NCBI RefSeq assembly: GCF_037042905.1
Contig: NC_087252.1
Coordinates: forward strand, 6,202,001 to 6,266,000
Direction of reading: 5' to 3'
Source: Lytechinus pictus
Lineage: Eukaryota
DNA length: 64,000 nucleotides
The notes beneath the pieces were generated by a model, which saw only the letters and a list, made by a program, of their open reading frames with translations, was not told the origin of the DNA and made no database searches. Below, in pieces: positions 63,461 to 64,000 of the stretch (position 1 is its first letter; each line of letters starts with the position of its first letter). The position numbers and the translations under genes are program-made.

Positions 63461-64000
63461 TTGCATAAAATGGCTGCCTGAGCAATTGTGAACTATCTGA
63501 CATGGTAACATGGAAAGTAGTCAGTCAGGAAAGGTGCACGCATAAAGACACAACGACACCTTCCACAAGTGAATTAACCTCCTCCCAATCACTGTTGAAG
63601 GGTCTTCCACAATCCTCTTGACATCTGTCTTTACTGTTGAACTCCTCACATTACTCATCAATGCCACACGACTTTCTTGGAGCTTTTGTCCATCATGCAA
63701 CCTCTTATTGATAGAAAATAATTCTGCTGGTGCTTTTTGCTGAATTACCTTCTTGCATTTATTTCAAGTTCTTTCTTGCCTCTCTATTTCTCTGCATTTT
63801 CCATGTCCTATGCCCAAGCTAACTTGACAAATTTACTAGTTGGGGCAGGTATGGGACAATCCTGTCAAGTGAAGGCAGATGTGTATGTTTTTGGCTTACA
63901 CAGTCTGGGTATGATACTGTTAACACTAACTAGGCCGGGCTTTTTTGGCTGTTCTGTTGGGGGGGGGGGGGTTGATTCAACCCCCCCCTGAGATCTTGGC

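Overview
AT-rich animal genomic DNA with spliceosomal introns, SINEs and MITEs; gene and repeat style suggest a marine invertebrate deuterostome such as a sea urchin, which is an inference. The left half holds two head-to-head genes. SDHD (minus, 4 coding exons, 5061-9725) is complete. A nucleotidyltransferase + GHMP-kinase fusion gene of the glucuronokinase/'gkup' type (plus, 17 visible coding exons, 10185-30073) appears to lack about 80 aa at the start of its kinase domain. Their introns carry a 518-bp foldback element with a perfect 9-bp TSD, tRNA-derived SINEs, MITEs, a 5'-truncated Penelope-like retroelement ending in a degenerate hammerhead motif, and three decayed copies of splice acceptor + exon start. 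The right half (~31.5-64 kb) has no recognisable host gene. It is a mosaic of coding fragments from many unrelated transposon or cargo families: pogo, Merlin/IS1595 x7, piggyBac, TatD-like, RecQ-like helicase, Harbinger, Academ XPG-like, hAT, HECT, MULE and LINE. It also contains a ~4-kb satellite of ~145-bp units. Every coding fragment I could recognise there lies on the minus strand, which is the architecture of a uni-strand (flamenco-like) piRNA cluster. All family calls come from reading motifs by eye; no searches were run.
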